This document shows, in pieces, positions 1 through 12,904 of a stretch of 64,000 nucleotides of DNA. The translations under genes were made by a program, and so were the position numbers. The notes beneath the pieces were generated by a model that had not been told where the DNA came from, made no database searches, and saw only the letters and a list, made by a program, of their open reading frames with translations. This stretch comes from Chiloscyllium plagiosum. Lineage: Eukaryota. The DNA is taken from assembly GCF_004010195.1 (NCBI RefSeq), contig NC_057758.1:6687082-6751081 (forward strand), written 5' to 3'. How positions within the stretch are numbered: position 1 is the stretch's first letter; every line of letters begins with the position of its first letter.

Positions 1-1205
1 GGTTCTCCTTCAACCTCCCTGCTAAATACTTCTCATGTCCTCTCCTGGCTTAGTACAGCTCTTGCTCAAACGCGCTGACTGAGCTTCGCGTCACATCCTC
101 ATATAAGTCGCCTTCTTTCTCTTAACAAGAGAATTCGCTTCTTTTTTAAACTACGGTTCCCTTGCTCAACCACTTGTTCCTTGACTGCAGGGTCATATTT
201 ATCAAGAACTTAAAGTACCTGTTCCATGAACATGGCTTCACATCTCAATTGTTAACATTGCCGATCTTATGCATCCTAAATCATGCCCAAAGACTTTCTA
301 ATTGCCTTTTACCCACCTATAACTACTGCCCCGCTGTACATGCCAATCATTTTTTAGTCGCTGATGTAAATATAACCGAATTGCGATTACTTATACTAAA
401 GTGCTCACCTACCTCGAAATCGAATACCTGGCCTGGTTCATTTTCCAGGAAGAAATCCAAGGTAGACTCGTCTCTTGTTGGTCTATCTGCACACTGAGTC
501 AGGAAAACCTCCTGCACATGTAGGACAAAAACTGATCTTTCTGAAGTACTCAAACCACAGCGTTTCCATTCATTATTTGGAAAGTTAAAGCCCATAACAA
601 CCACCTTGTTATATTTGCTCCAATGCAGAAGCATTTTTGCAATCCTATCCTTTACATCACTGTAACATTTCAGAGGCTGATAGAAAATTATCAACAGGGT
701 GACCTGTTCTTTTCTGTTTCAACATCACCCACACTACTAAAGCAAACAAGTCCTCATCAAGAATCCTTTCTGCCACTGTAGTATTGTCTTTGATAAACAA
801 TGCCACATGTCCCCCTCTATTATCAGCTTCCCCGTTATTACGTAAGCATCTAAACACCGAAACCTGTTACAAACATTTGTGTCCCTACTCCATCCATGTC
901 TTTGAATGGCGACAACACCGAAGTCCCAGCTACCAAAACATGCTGCTCTTCACTCATCTTATTCTAGATGCTCCTGGTGTTGAAGTAGAGAAACTTCAAA
1001 CAACGTCCTGCCATTTAGTACACTCTTGCGATCTTGAACCTTATTTGTGACCACACGACGCTCAATCTCCTGTACTTGGAGCTGTAATTTAGTTTCCCAT
1101 CCCCTGATGAATTTGTGGAAATCCTCCAGAAGAGCTGTAGCAAAATTGCCCTCCAGGATATTGGAACCCCTCTGGTTCAGGTGTACAACATCTAATTTAT
1201 AACGT
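1..1205 (-). mobile_element. Decayed CR1 LINE fragment: end of ORF1 esterase and ORF2 APE endonuclease
   Basis: Translations VVMGFNFPN (GDFN motif), TLDFFLEN and HFSISNRNS (SDH motif); ORF1 LDVVHLNQRGSNIL (DGLHL esterase motif). Multiple stops. Confidence 0.85.
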
Positions 1206-1599
1206 CGATCATTTTTCGAACATTTGCGTGTGGAGAAACAGCGATGCCAGGTTATCTCCAACAAAGTAATGAGGTCATTAGATGTGAAAACACTGAAATG
1301 ACAGAGGTCGCATTCACATCTATAGCAGTTTGGAGACAGGCAGTGTGCCATATAGATCAGGGCAGAGCTGCAACTGTTGTGACTCGGAGGAGCTGGAAGT
1401 CCCCCAGTGTGTTGTAAAGATCAAGAGTCTATCACAGATCAAGTGAGAGATGCCATTAAGGTAACAGAAAGGGGTCACTCAATGTGCTCTATCGACCAGG
1501 GGGTGGCAGTCACTGTGGTAGCATGGAGGGTGAACGTTGACTCCATTAGGGCGTAACATCGAACTGGAGAGAGTTGTAAGACATGACCTTCCCTTCAGA

Positions 1600-4110
1600 A
1601 ATTAATGTTGATAAGCCCATTTTCTCCAAATAAGAATTTCTCCTGTCCCTCACTATCTTCTCCAGCAGCTTCGCTCCCACTGACGTCAGCCTCACAGGTC
1701 TGTAATTACCAGGATTATCCCTGATGCCCTACTTAACCAAGTGATAACATTAGCAATTCTCCAGTCCTCTGCGATCTTACCCAGTCCAAGGCTTGCTGCG
1801 AAGATATCTGTTAAAGCCCCAGCCAGTCTCTTTCTTGCTTCCCTCATTAAACATGGATAGATCCCATACAGTCCTGGGGACTAGTCCACCTTAATGCCTT
1901 TTCGAATACCCAACACTTCCTCCCTTCTTCTGCCGACTTTGGGGCGGCACTGTGGCTCAGTGCTTTGCACTGCTGTCTCATAGTGCCAGAACCCGCGTTC
2001 AATTCCTGCCTCGGGCGACTGTCTCTGTGGAGTTGGTACATTCTCCCTGTGTCTGCGTGTGTTTCTTCCGAGTGCTTTGGTTTCCTCCCACAGTCCAAAG
2101 ATGTACAAGTCAGGTGCATTGGCCATGCTAAATTGCCCATTGTATTCGGTGCAAAGGTCAGGGTCAAATATGGAGAATGAGTTTGGGTGGGTTACTCTTC
2201 GTAGGGTCGGTGTGGACTTGTTGGGCAGAAGGGCCTGTTTCTACACGTTAGGCAATCGAATCTAAACTGGCCTTGACGTACAGTTATCAAAGATCTATTC
2301 CTGACCTGAGCATCGCCATTTCCCTTTCCTTGTTGACTAGCGATGCAAAGTTCTCATTAAAAATCTCACCCATTTTCTCTGACTCCACGCATAACTTTCC
2401 TTCTTTGTCTTTGAGTGGGTTAACACTCTCTCGAGTTACCTTCTTGATCCTTGTATATGAATAAAAGTATTTGGGATTCCCGTTAACCCTGTTCACGAAG
2501 GATATCTCAGGAGACATTTAGGTCACCTTATTTCCTCGCTTCAGATTGATCTTACATTCCTCATATTTTTGCAAACCGTCGTCAGTCTTCAGTTGCCTAG
2601 ACCTTACGTACGCATCATTTTTCATCTTCGCCACTCTCAACATTTCACCAGTCCTTCATGGTTGCTTAATCTTGCCTCGCCACAACAGTTTAAATCAAAT
2701 GGAACCATGTCATTGGTCCCAAAATTCTACCCCATTGCCAACACAGTCACCTATCCTTCCCTTCGTTCAGGCTTTGCCTCTTTCTCGAATCCGTCGATAT
2801 ACTGCACATTACGAATTTCATCCTATTTAAGCTCTTAAAACTCTGGCAGTTCCAACCTATGTTAGAGAAATTAAAATCCGCTACTCTGCTAACAATATTG
2901 CTCGAGAAAGTCTCCCGAATCTCTCTGCTTATTCGTTACTCTAATTCAAGTTTACTAATTGTGTCATCTAGCAAAACTCCAATCATTTCACCATTCCACT
3001 TCTTATTTCTAAGCAGCACTAACAAAGCCTCACTGGATAAATCTTAAGTTAATTCATCTCTCAATGCTGCTGTGACATTCGCCTTAATCAAAATTGCAAA
3101 TCTTTCCACCATCTCTGTCCAGCCTACAGCACCTGTACACCTCCACATGAAGTTGCCAGTCCTTTCCCTATCTTAGCCATGTTTCTGCAATGGTCATAAT
3201 ATAGCAGTCCCAAGTGCATATGCACAACTTGAGTTCATCGGCCTTCCCTGTCAGCATTGCTGTCTGTCGTTTTCCGGCCTGACCTAACTCTTCACTTTAC
3301 TAATTCTGAATATGTTAGCTCTTCCCAGCGTCACAGTTGTTGAGGATCCCGTCCCCGCCAATGTGGTTTAAACCCTCCTTTGTTGCACTCGAAAACCTGG
3401 CCGTCAAATATTGGTCGTCCCCCAGTTCTGGTGAAACCTATCCCTCTTGAACATGTCACCTCTGCTCCAGAAAGGATACAATTGATCTTAAAATCTGAAT
3501 TCCTGACCCTTCATCAAATCTTTAGCCAAGCATTGTTCTGGCATATCATCTTATTCTTACCCTGAAGATCACACAGAACTGTATGCAATCCGGTGATTGC
3601 CAGTGTCGAGATCCTGGTTTTTGAATTGTTGCCGAGCTCTCTGCAATTAGTCCGCAGGATCTCATCCCTATTTCTGACTTATTCAATTGTGCCAACATGC
3701 ACATTGAATTCTGTCTGGTTATCCTTCCCCCAAGAACATTCTGCAGCCGCTTTGAAACATCCTGGATTCTGGCACACTGGATTCCCATTTGAAGCCACAG
3801 ACTCTCCTGTCTGCCCCTAACTGTCGAGTGGTCTTCTCACGAAGGTACTATTTACCTGAACGCTTTCCCGCTGTGCGCCAGAGTCTTTCATAGTGCCACT
3901 GACGTTTTCTTTCCCCTGAACGATCATCTAACCCAATGACATCTAAAATGATATACTTGTTTTTGAAGGGAATGGCCACGGGGATTCCTGTGCTTTCTCA
4001 CTTTCTGCCCTCTCTGCTGGTCAAGCTACTCTTTGTCCTCATAATAGGAGTTACCACCTCATTAAAAGTCTTGTCGATGTAGCGCTTAGAATCTTCTCAA
4101 ACCTCCTCGT
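1600..4110 (-). mobile_element. Decayed, internally deleted CR1 LINE (ORF1 SGNH esterase to early RT), interrupted by a SINE
   Basis: ARIQDVSKRLQNVL/HVGT-like ORF1 region at ~3550-3790; NPKYFYSY...LKDKEGKLCVESEKMGEIFNENFAS ORF2 linker at 2287-2517. Confidence 0.8.
1941..2268 (+). mobile_element. HE1-type tRNA-derived V-SINE
   Basis: 5' GGGGCGGCACTGTGGCTCAGTG (A box), GTTCAATTCC (B box), V-domain GGTTTCCTCCCACAGTCCAAAGATGT, CR1-like 3' tail GAAGGGCCTGTTTC...AATCT. Confidence 0.88.
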
Positions 4111-4901
4111 TGTATTTTGTTCATTTACATATCAGGTATTTATGCAAATTAAAACAGCACTGTTCCCAATGCTGAGCCATATGCTCCACCAGAGGTTACA
4201 GGCTTCTAGCAAAGAGGAATCACTTCACCATCCATTGCCGCACTCTGTCTCCTGTTTGTAAGTCAATCTTGGATCCAGTTTGCAGACATTCCTTGGCTTT
4301 TACATGTGGAGCCTTGACTATAGACTTAAGGACATCTACATGAAATACAGGATCTCCTTCAACCAAATCCGAGCATATTATCCCTGGTCAATCCCTGCTT
4401 TCAAAGTAATGACTAATACTGCCCGACAGATTTCCTTCTCCCATTATGTCCCGGGCACTGAACTCTGACTAATTGTTGAATAATTAGCTGGCCTTTCCTG
4501 CTGTCCCTCTTCATACAAAGGAACCACATTAGCTGCCCTCCAGCCATCCGACACTTTACCAGTGATCAATGAAGTATTTAACAGCTGCCGAGGGACCCAA
4601 AAATCTCTTAATTCCTCTTGCAAGACCCACGATACATCTTGTTAGGCTCGGACGATTTATGCATTTATGATCCTTCTAAAACATCCAATACCTCGTCATT
4701 ACTAACTTTTAAATGATCTAACTTTTAAATGTTCTAGAACCTCAGCGTCCCAACAAAAATCCCTGGCAAGAGTATATTTATCTTTTCGGAATACAGATGA
4801 GAATTCTTCATTTCAAACTTCACCCATGTCCTCGGGCTCCATGTCGCTTTTGTCTCTAATTATCGCCATTGTTTTGGCAGTAATAGTATTCACGTAAATA
4901 T

Positions 4902-5401
4902 NNNNNNNNNNNNNNNNNNNNNNNNNNNNNNNNNNNNNNNNNNNNNNNNNNNNNNNNNNNNNNNNNNNNNNNNNNNNNNNNNNNNNNNNNNNNNNNNNNN
5001 NNNNNNNNNNNNNNNNNNNNNNNNNNNNNNNNNNNNNNNNNNNNNNNNNNNNNNNNNNNNNNNNNNNNNNNNNNNNNNNNNNNNNNNNNNNNNNNNNNNN
5101 NNNNNNNNNNNNNNNNNNNNNNNNNNNNNNNNNNNNNNNNNNNNNNNNNNNNNNNNNNNNNNNNNNNNNNNNNNNNNNNNNNNNNNNNNNNNNNNNNNNN
5201 NNNNNNNNNNNNNNNNNNNNNNNNNNNNNNNNNNNNNNNNNNNNNNNNNNNNNNNNNNNNNNNNNNNNNNNNNNNNNNNNNNNNNNNNNNNNNNNNNNNN
5301 NNNNNNNNNNNNNNNNNNNNNNNNNNNNNNNNNNNNNNNNNNNNNNNNNNNNNNNNNNNNNNNNNNNNNNNNNNNNNNNNNNNNNNNNNNNNNNNNNNNN
5401 N
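4902..5401. other. Assembly gap (500 N)
   Basis: N run; round size suggests a placeholder. Confidence 1.
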
Positions 5402-7336
5402 TTTAAACTCAATTTGCCACCTCTCAGACCACCTTTGCACCTTATCTATGGCCCTCTTTAATCTGGAATATCCTTCGGCACCATCTGCACCAAAATTAGT
5501 GGCGTCCGCAAATTTACTCACTTATGCTTCTCCTGCCTCATCCAGATCATTTATTACAGTGGCCCAAAAATTGACGCTTGTGGTGAACCACCAATAACTG
5601 AACTCCAGGAGGAACACTTCCCATCAACTGCCACACTCTGCCTTCTCTTCCGCAAATTTACTCACTTATGCTTCTCCTGCCTCATCCAGATCATTTATTA
5701 CAGTGGCCCAAAAATTGACGCTTGTGGTGAACCACCAATAACTGAACTCCAGGAGGAACACTTCCCATCAACTGCCACACTCTGCCTTCTCTCAGCAAGC
5801 CAATGTCTGATCCAAACCGCTAAATCACCCTCAATACGATACCTCTGTATTTTCTGCAATAGCCGACAGTGGAGAACCTTATTAAACATTTACTGAAGTC
5901 CATATACAGCTCATCGACCGGTCTACCCTTATCCACGTGTTTAGTCACCTTCGCAATGGACTCAATAATATTTATGATGCATGACCTACCTTTCACAAAA
6001 AACGTGTTGACTATCCGTAATCAAATTGTTCCTTTCTAGGTGATTATAACGCTTGTTTCATAAAATCATTTCCAACACTTCACACACAACTGAAATAAGG
6101 CTCAATGGTCTATAATTACCAAGGCTGTCCCTACTCTCCTTCTTGAACAATAGTACAACATTGGTATTCCCGTTTCCTGGCACTGTTTTGAAGACAATGA
6201 CGACATAAAGCTCAAAGCCAAAAGTTCACGAATCTCCGGCATACCATCTCAGGGAGACCTACAATTAGTCCTTTCCGGTCCAAGGGACATATCTATGTTT
6301 ACCCTCTTCATAATTGATAACAACTCCTGATTATGAATCTCAATCCCTTCTAGTCCATGAGCTTGTATATTCGTATTCTCTTCGACAACATTGTCTTCTG
6401 CCAGTGTAAATACTGACCAACATTTGGCGCCGCCCCTATCTCCTCGGACTCCATACACAAATTCGGACTACTGTCATTGACTGGACTTAGTCATACTCTA
6501 TTCGTTCTTTTATTCCTAACATACCTACAAAAAGCTTTATGGTTCTCCTTCAACCTCCCTGACAAATACTTATTATGTCCTCTCCTGGCTTAGTACAGAT
6601 CTTGCTCAAACACGCTGACTGGGCTTCGCGTCTCATCCTCATATAAGCCGCCTTCTTTCTCTTAACAAGAGAGTCTGCTTCTTTTTTAAACTACGGGTCC
6701 CTTGTTCAACCACTTATTCCTTGACTGCAGGGTCATATTTATCAAGAACTTAACGTCCCTGTTCCATGAACATGGCTTCACATCTCAATTGTTAACATTG
6801 CCGATCTTATGCATCCTAAATCATGCCTAATGTCTTTCTAATTGCCTTTTACACACCTATAACTACTGCCCCACTGTACATGCCAATCTTGTTTTAGTCA
6901 CTAATGTAAATATAACCGAATTGCGATTACTTATACTAAAGTGCTCACCTACCTCCAAAACGAATAGCTGGTCTGGTTCATTTTCCAGGAAGAAATCCAA
7001 GGTAGACTCGTCTCTTGTTGGTCTATCTGCATACTGTATAAGGAAAACCTCCTGCACGTGGAGGACAAAAACTGATCTTTCTGAAGTACTCAAACCACAG
7101 CGTTTCCATTCATTATTTGGAAAGTTAAACCCCATAACAACCACCTTGTTACTTTTGCTCCAATGCAGAATCATTTTTGCAATCCTGTCCTTTACATCAC
7201 TGAAACATTTCAGAGGCTGATAGAAAATTATCAACAGGGTGACCTGTCCTTTTCTGTTTTAACATCACCCACACTACTTAAGCAAATCAGTCCTCATCAA
7301 GAATCATTTCTGCCAATGTAGTATTGTCTTTGATAA
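5402..7336 (-). mobile_element. Decayed CR1 ORF2 (endonuclease and reverse transcriptase)
   Basis: SKFADATN (FADD), FNKVLHCRLLQKI...LAVWIRHWLAERRQSVAVDG...GSPQASIFGPL (PQG motif); endonuclease motifs at 6863-7234. Confidence 0.88.
5505..5792. repeat. Tandem duplication, 2 x 144 bp
   Basis: 5505-5648 and 5649-5792 both read tccgcaaatttactcac...ctctgccttctct; I found no differences by eye. Confidence 0.9.
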
Positions 7337-10300
7337 GGACGCTCAACCTCCTGTACTCTGGAGCTGCAAATTAGGTTCCCATCCCCTGATGAATTAGTTG
7401 AAATCCTCCAGAAGAGCAGTAGCAAAATTGCCCTCCAGGATATTGGAACCCCTCTGGTTCAGGTGTACAACATCTATTTTATAACGTCGATCATTTTTCG
7501 AACATTTGCGTGTGGAGAAACAGCGATGCCAGGTTATCTCCAACAAAGTAATTAGGTCATTAGATGTGAAAACACTGAAATGACAGAGGTCGCATTCACT
7601 GCTATAGCAGTTTGGAGACAGGCAGTGTGCCATATAGATCAGGGGAGAGCTGCAACTGTTGTGACGGGGAGGAGCTGGAAGTCCCCCAATGTGTTGTAAG
7701 GATCAAGAGTGTAGTACAGATCAAGTGAGAGCTGCCATTAAGGTAACAGAAAGGGGTCACTCAATGTGCTCTATCGACCAGGAGGTGGCAGTCACTGTGG
7801 TAGCATGGAGGGGGAACGTTGACTCGTTAAAGCCCCATCCAGTCTCTTTCTTGCTTCCCTCATTAAACTTGGATAGATCCCATATAGTCCTGGGGACGAG
7901 TCCACCTTAATGCCTTTTCAAATACACAACACTTCCTCCCTTCTTCTGCCGACTTTGGGGTGGCACTGTGGCTCAGTGCTTTGCACTGCTGCCTCATAGT
8001 GCCAGGAACCCGCGTTCAATTCCTGCCTCGGGCGACTGTCTCTGTGGAGTTGGTACGTTCTCCGCGTGTCTGCGTGTGTTTCTTCCGAGTGCTTTGGTTT
8101 CCTCCCACAGTCCAAAGATGTACAGGTCAGGTGAATTGGCCATGCTAAATTGCCCATTGTATTCGGTGCAAAGGTCAGGGTCAAATATGGGGAATGGTTT
8201 TGGGTGGGTAACTCTTCGTATGGTCAGTGTGGACTTGTTGGACCGAAGGGTCTGTTTCTACACGTTAGGCAATCGAATCTAAACAGGCCTTGAAGTAGTT
8301 ATCAAAGATCTATTCCTGACCTGAGCATCGCCATTTCCCTTTCCTCGTTGACTAGCGATGCAATGTTCTCATTAAAAATCTCACCCATTTTCTCTGACTC
8401 CACGCATAACTTTCCTTCTTTGTCTTTGAGTGGGCAAACACTCTCTCGAGTTACCTTCTTGATCCTTGTATATGAATAAAAGTATTTGGGATTCGCGTTA
8501 ACCCTGTTCACGAAGGATACCTCAGGAGACATTTAAGTCACCTTAATTCCTCGCTTCAGATTGATCTTACATTCCTCATATTTTTGCAAAGCTTCGTCAG
8601 TCTTCAGTTGCCTAGACCTTACGTACGCATCATTTTTCATCTTCGCCACTCTCAAAATTTCACCAGTCCTTCATGGTTGCTTAATCTTGCCTCGCCACAG
8701 CAGTTTAAATCAAATGGAACGATGTCATTGCTCCCAAATTGCTACCCCATTGCCAATGCAGTCACCTATTCGTTCAGGCTTTGCCTCTTTCTCGAATCCG
8801 TCGATATACTGCACATTACGAATTTCATCCTATCTAAGCTCTTAAAACTCTTGCAGTACCAATCTATGATAGAGAAATTAAAATCCGCTACTCTGCTAAC
8901 AATATTCTCCAGAAAGTCTCACGAATCCCTCTGCATATTCATTATTCTAATTCAAGTGTACTAATTGTGTCATCTAGCAAAACTCCAATCATTTCACCAT
9001 TCCACTTTTTATTTCTAAGCAGCACGAACAAAGCCTCACTTGATAAATCTTTAGTTATTTCATCTCTCAATACTGCTGTGACACTCGCCTTAATCAAAAA
9101 TGCAACTCTTTCCGCCACCTCTGTCCAGCCTACAGCACCTGCACACTTCCACATGAAGTTGCCAGTCCTGTCCCTATCTTAGCCATGTTTCTGCAATGGT
9201 CATAATATGGCAGCCCCACGTGCATATGCACAACTTGAGTTCATCGGCCTTCCCTGTCAGCATTGCTGTCTGTCGTTTTCCGGCCTGACCTAACTCTTCA
9301 CTTTTCTAATTCTGAATATATTAGCTCTTCCCAGCGTCACAGTTGTTGAGGATCCCGTGCCCGCCAATGTGGTTTAAACCCTCCTTTGTTGCACTCGAAA
9401 TATTGGTCGTCCCCCGTTCTGGTGAAACCCATCCCTCTTGAACATGTCACCTCTTCTCCAGAAAGGATACCATTGATCTAAAAATCTGAATTCCTGACCC
9501 TTCATCAAATCTGTAACCAAGCATTGTTCTGGCATATCATCTTATTCTTACCCTGATGATCACACAGAACTGGATGCAATCCGGTGATTGCCAGTGTCGA
9601 GATCCTGGTTTTTGAAGTGTTGCCTAGCTCTCTGCAATTACTCCGCAGGATCTCATCCCTATTTCTGACTTATTCAATTGTGCCAACATGCACATTGAAT
9701 TCTGCCTGGTTATCCTTCCCCCAAGAACATTCTGCAGCCGCTTTGAACCATCCTGGTTTCTGGCACACTGGATTCCCATTTGAAGCCACAGACTCTCCTG
9801 TCTGCCCCTAACTATCGAGTGGTCTTCTCATTAAGGTACTATTTACCTTAATGCTTTCCCGCTGTGCGCCAGAGTCTTTCATAGTGCCACTGACGTTGTC
9901 TTTCCCCGAACGATCATCTAACCCAAGGATATCTAAAATGATATACTTGTTTTTGAAGGGAATGGCCACGGGGATTCCTGTGCTTTCTCACTTTCTGCCC
10001 TCTCTGCTGGGCAAGCTACTCTTTGTCCTCATAATAGGAGTTACCACCTCACTAACAGTCTTGACGATGCAGCGCTTAGAATCTCGACAAACCTCCTCGT
10101 TGTATTTTGTTCATTTACATATCAGGTATTTATGCAAATTAAAACAGCACTGTTCCCAACGCTGAGCCATATGCTCCACCAGAGGTTACAGGCTTCTAGC
10201 AAAGAGGAATCACTTCACCATCCATTGCCGCACTCTGTCTCCTGTTTGTAAGTCAATCTTGGATCCAGTTTGCAGACATTCCTTGGCTCTTACATGTGGA

Positions 10301-10891
10301 ACCTTGTCTATAGACTTAAGGAAATCCACGTGAAATACAGGATCTCCTTCAACCAAATCTGAGCATATTATCCCTGGTCAATCTCTGCTTTCAAAGTAAT
10401 GACTAATACTGCCCGACAGATTTCCTTCTCCAATTATGTCCCGGGCACTGAACACTGACTAATTGTTGAATAATTAGCTGGCCTTTTCTGCTGTCCCTCT
10501 TCATACAAGTGAACCGCATTAGCTGCCTTCCAGTCATCAGACACTTTACCAGTGATCAATGAAGTACTTAACAGCTGCCGAGGGACCCAAAAATCTCGTA
10601 ATTTCTCTCGCAAGACCCACGATACATCTTGTTCGGCTCCGACGATTTATGCATTTATGATCCTTCTAAAACATCCAATACCTCGTCATTACTAACTTTT
10701 AAATGATCTAACTTTTAAATATTCTAGAACCTCAGCGTCCAAACTAAAATCCCTGGCAAGAGTGTATTTATCTTTTCGGAATACAGATGAGAATTCTTCA
10801 TTTCAAACTTCACCCATGTCCTGGGGCTCCATGCCGCTTTTGTCTCTAATTGTCACCATTGTTTTGGCAGTAATAGCATTCACGTAAATAT
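6541..10891. repeat. Direct segmental duplication, copy B
   Basis: Same TE mosaic and the same SINE insertion as copy A. Lacks the segments corresponding to ~797-1056 and 1544-1809 of copy A. Confidence 0.95.
7957..8285 (+). mobile_element. HE1-type V-SINE (duplicate of 1941-2268)
   Basis: Same motifs and same insertion site within duplication copy B. Confidence 0.88.
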
Positions 10892-11231
10892 AAAATCCGT
10901 TGTACTTTTCCTGCATCGTGTCTACCAGTGGTGGTGTCTATTCATTCTTAATTTCTTTCTTCGGTACCCATGTATACTCTCTGTACTTTTGAATCAACCT
11001 CCCCCAGACATGCACTGATTTCAATACGTTCTGACTGACATATGCTTATTTCTTCTACTTTGCCAAAATCTCTGTATTCTTCGATATCTGCAATTTTTGC
11101 ACTTTATGACCTTGTTGACCAGACTTACGTTTCATGCAGGCCATAAGTCCTCAATATACTACGTTTCAAAGTCTCCTACTTTTCAGTTGTGAACTGCCCT
11201 GCAAATTGCTGCTCCCAAGTCTGTTTCACAA

Positions 11232-12870
11232 ATTTTGGTGCTGGGAAAGCACAGCCAATAAGGCAGCATCCGAGGAGCAGGAGACTCGACATTTACAGCA
11301 AAAGCGCCGCATCAGGAATGAAGAGGTGTCCCAAAGGGGCTGATATATAAATGGGAGGGTGTGGGAGTGGGGGCAAGGCAGCTGGGAATGCAAGAGATAG
11401 GTGGAAGTGGGGGTATGTTGATAGGTCGGAATGGAGGCTGTACTGGGTAGGAAGGAAAGATGATGGACAGATAGGACAGTTCAGAAGGGTGTTGCCGTTT
11501 GGAATGTTGAATCTGGAACAATGTGTGGGTAGGGAGAAACTGGTGAAATCTACATTGATCCCGTGTGTTGGAGATTCCAAAGGCAGAAGATGAGGCGTTC
11601 TTCCTGCAGGTGCTGTATGGTTAAGGTTTGGCGGTGTCAGAGCCCCAGAACTTCCATGTCTTGACGGAATGGGAGGGGGAGTTAAAGTGTTCGGCTATAC
11701 TGCGGTGCAGTGGTTTACTGTGTGCGTCGCAGTTATGTCTCTGAAGCGTTCTGAAAGTTGGCGACCTGTCTGCCCACTGTGGAGGGGACACACCAAATGC
11801 AACGGACACTGTAAATGATGTGTTTTGAAGTGCAGGTAAATCTCTGTAGGATGTGGAAAAATCGATTAGGGTCGCGGACGGAGGTGAGGGCAGAGGTGTG
11901 ACCGCAGATTTTGTACGTCTCGCAATGGCAAGGGAAGATGCCAGGAGGTGAGGGTGTGCTGGTGGGGACCGTGCTTTTAAAAAGGAGTCGCAGAAGTAAT
12001 GGTCTTTGTGGAACGCAGATAGAGGTGGTGAGGGAAATGAATCTATCCTGATAGAGGTTGTTTGCAAATGGTGGAAATTGCAGAGGGTGATGCGTTGTAT
12101 CTGGAGTGTGGTGGGGTGAAAGGTGGGGACTGGTGTGTTTGTTGGTTGGGGGTTGCCGGTGGTTCTGGCCTTGTTGCGCTTGGAGGTTTTTGGTTCATGG
12201 GCAGAGGTGCAGGAAGTGGAGTACATGCACTGGAGATCATCGTCGTCCACACGGGAGGAGAAATTGCGCTTCCTGAAGAAGGAGGACATCTGAGATGTTC
12301 GATTGTCACATCTGGGATGTTCGATTGTCGAATTAGTCCTCCTGGAAACAGATGAAGTCGACGTGGAAGAATTGTGAGTAAGGAATTATTTTATTTTATT
12401 GGAGGCAGATTGGGAGGTTGCGTAGTCCAATAACTATGAGACTCAGAGGTTTTGAAGTAGGTGTCTGTGTTGAGTCTGTCGCTGGAAATGGAGATGGGGA
12501 AGTCCAGGAAGGGGAGGTATGTGTCCAAAATTTTCCAGGTGAACTTCAGTTCAGGGTGGAAGGTGATGGTGAAGTTGATGGACGTTTCAACCTCCTCGTG
12601 GGAGCACGAGTTGGCACCTATTTCGCCATCTACATGGAACTGGAAAATGTTGGAAATGGTGCTGGTGCAGCTGCGGAAGATGTACTGCTCCACATACCAA
12701 GCGAAGACGCCAGCACAGCTGGGGTCCTTGCGTAGGCTTACGGCTGCCCCTTTTGTGTGGAGGACATGGGAGGATTCGAAACAAAAATTGTTGATGGCAC
12801 GCATCAGTTCAGCCAATAGGAAGGGTGTGTTTCACTAGAAGCGTAATAGTTGGGTCAGCGGGTGAAGAAG
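11232..12870 (-). mobile_element. Penelope-like element (RT C-terminal half, GIY-YIG endonuclease, 3' pseudo-LTR), decayed
   Basis: SCSHEEVETSINFTITFHPELKFTW...LPFLDFPISIS...TDTYFKTSESHSY and IAEHFNSPSHS are typical of fish PLE ORFs; the terminal ctgggaaagcacagc...ggcagcatccgaggagcag is a pLTR-type end. Confidence 0.85.
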
Positions 12871-12904
12871 AAACGGAGGTCTTGGCGTCCTATTTTCCAC
12901 TATC

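Larger units (their letters stand above)
1..4901. repeat. Direct segmental duplication, copy A (starts before the window, truncated by a gap)
   Basis: Colinear with 6541-10891: 1 pairs with 6541, 1057 with 7338, 1810 with 7826, 4901 with 10891. There are 9 mismatches in the first 120 bp. Confidence 0.95.

Noticed and set aside
1941..2010. tRNA gene (A and B boxes)
   Set aside because: The boxes belong to the tRNA-derived SINE head and continue into the V-domain and LINE-like tail; no cloverleaf end.
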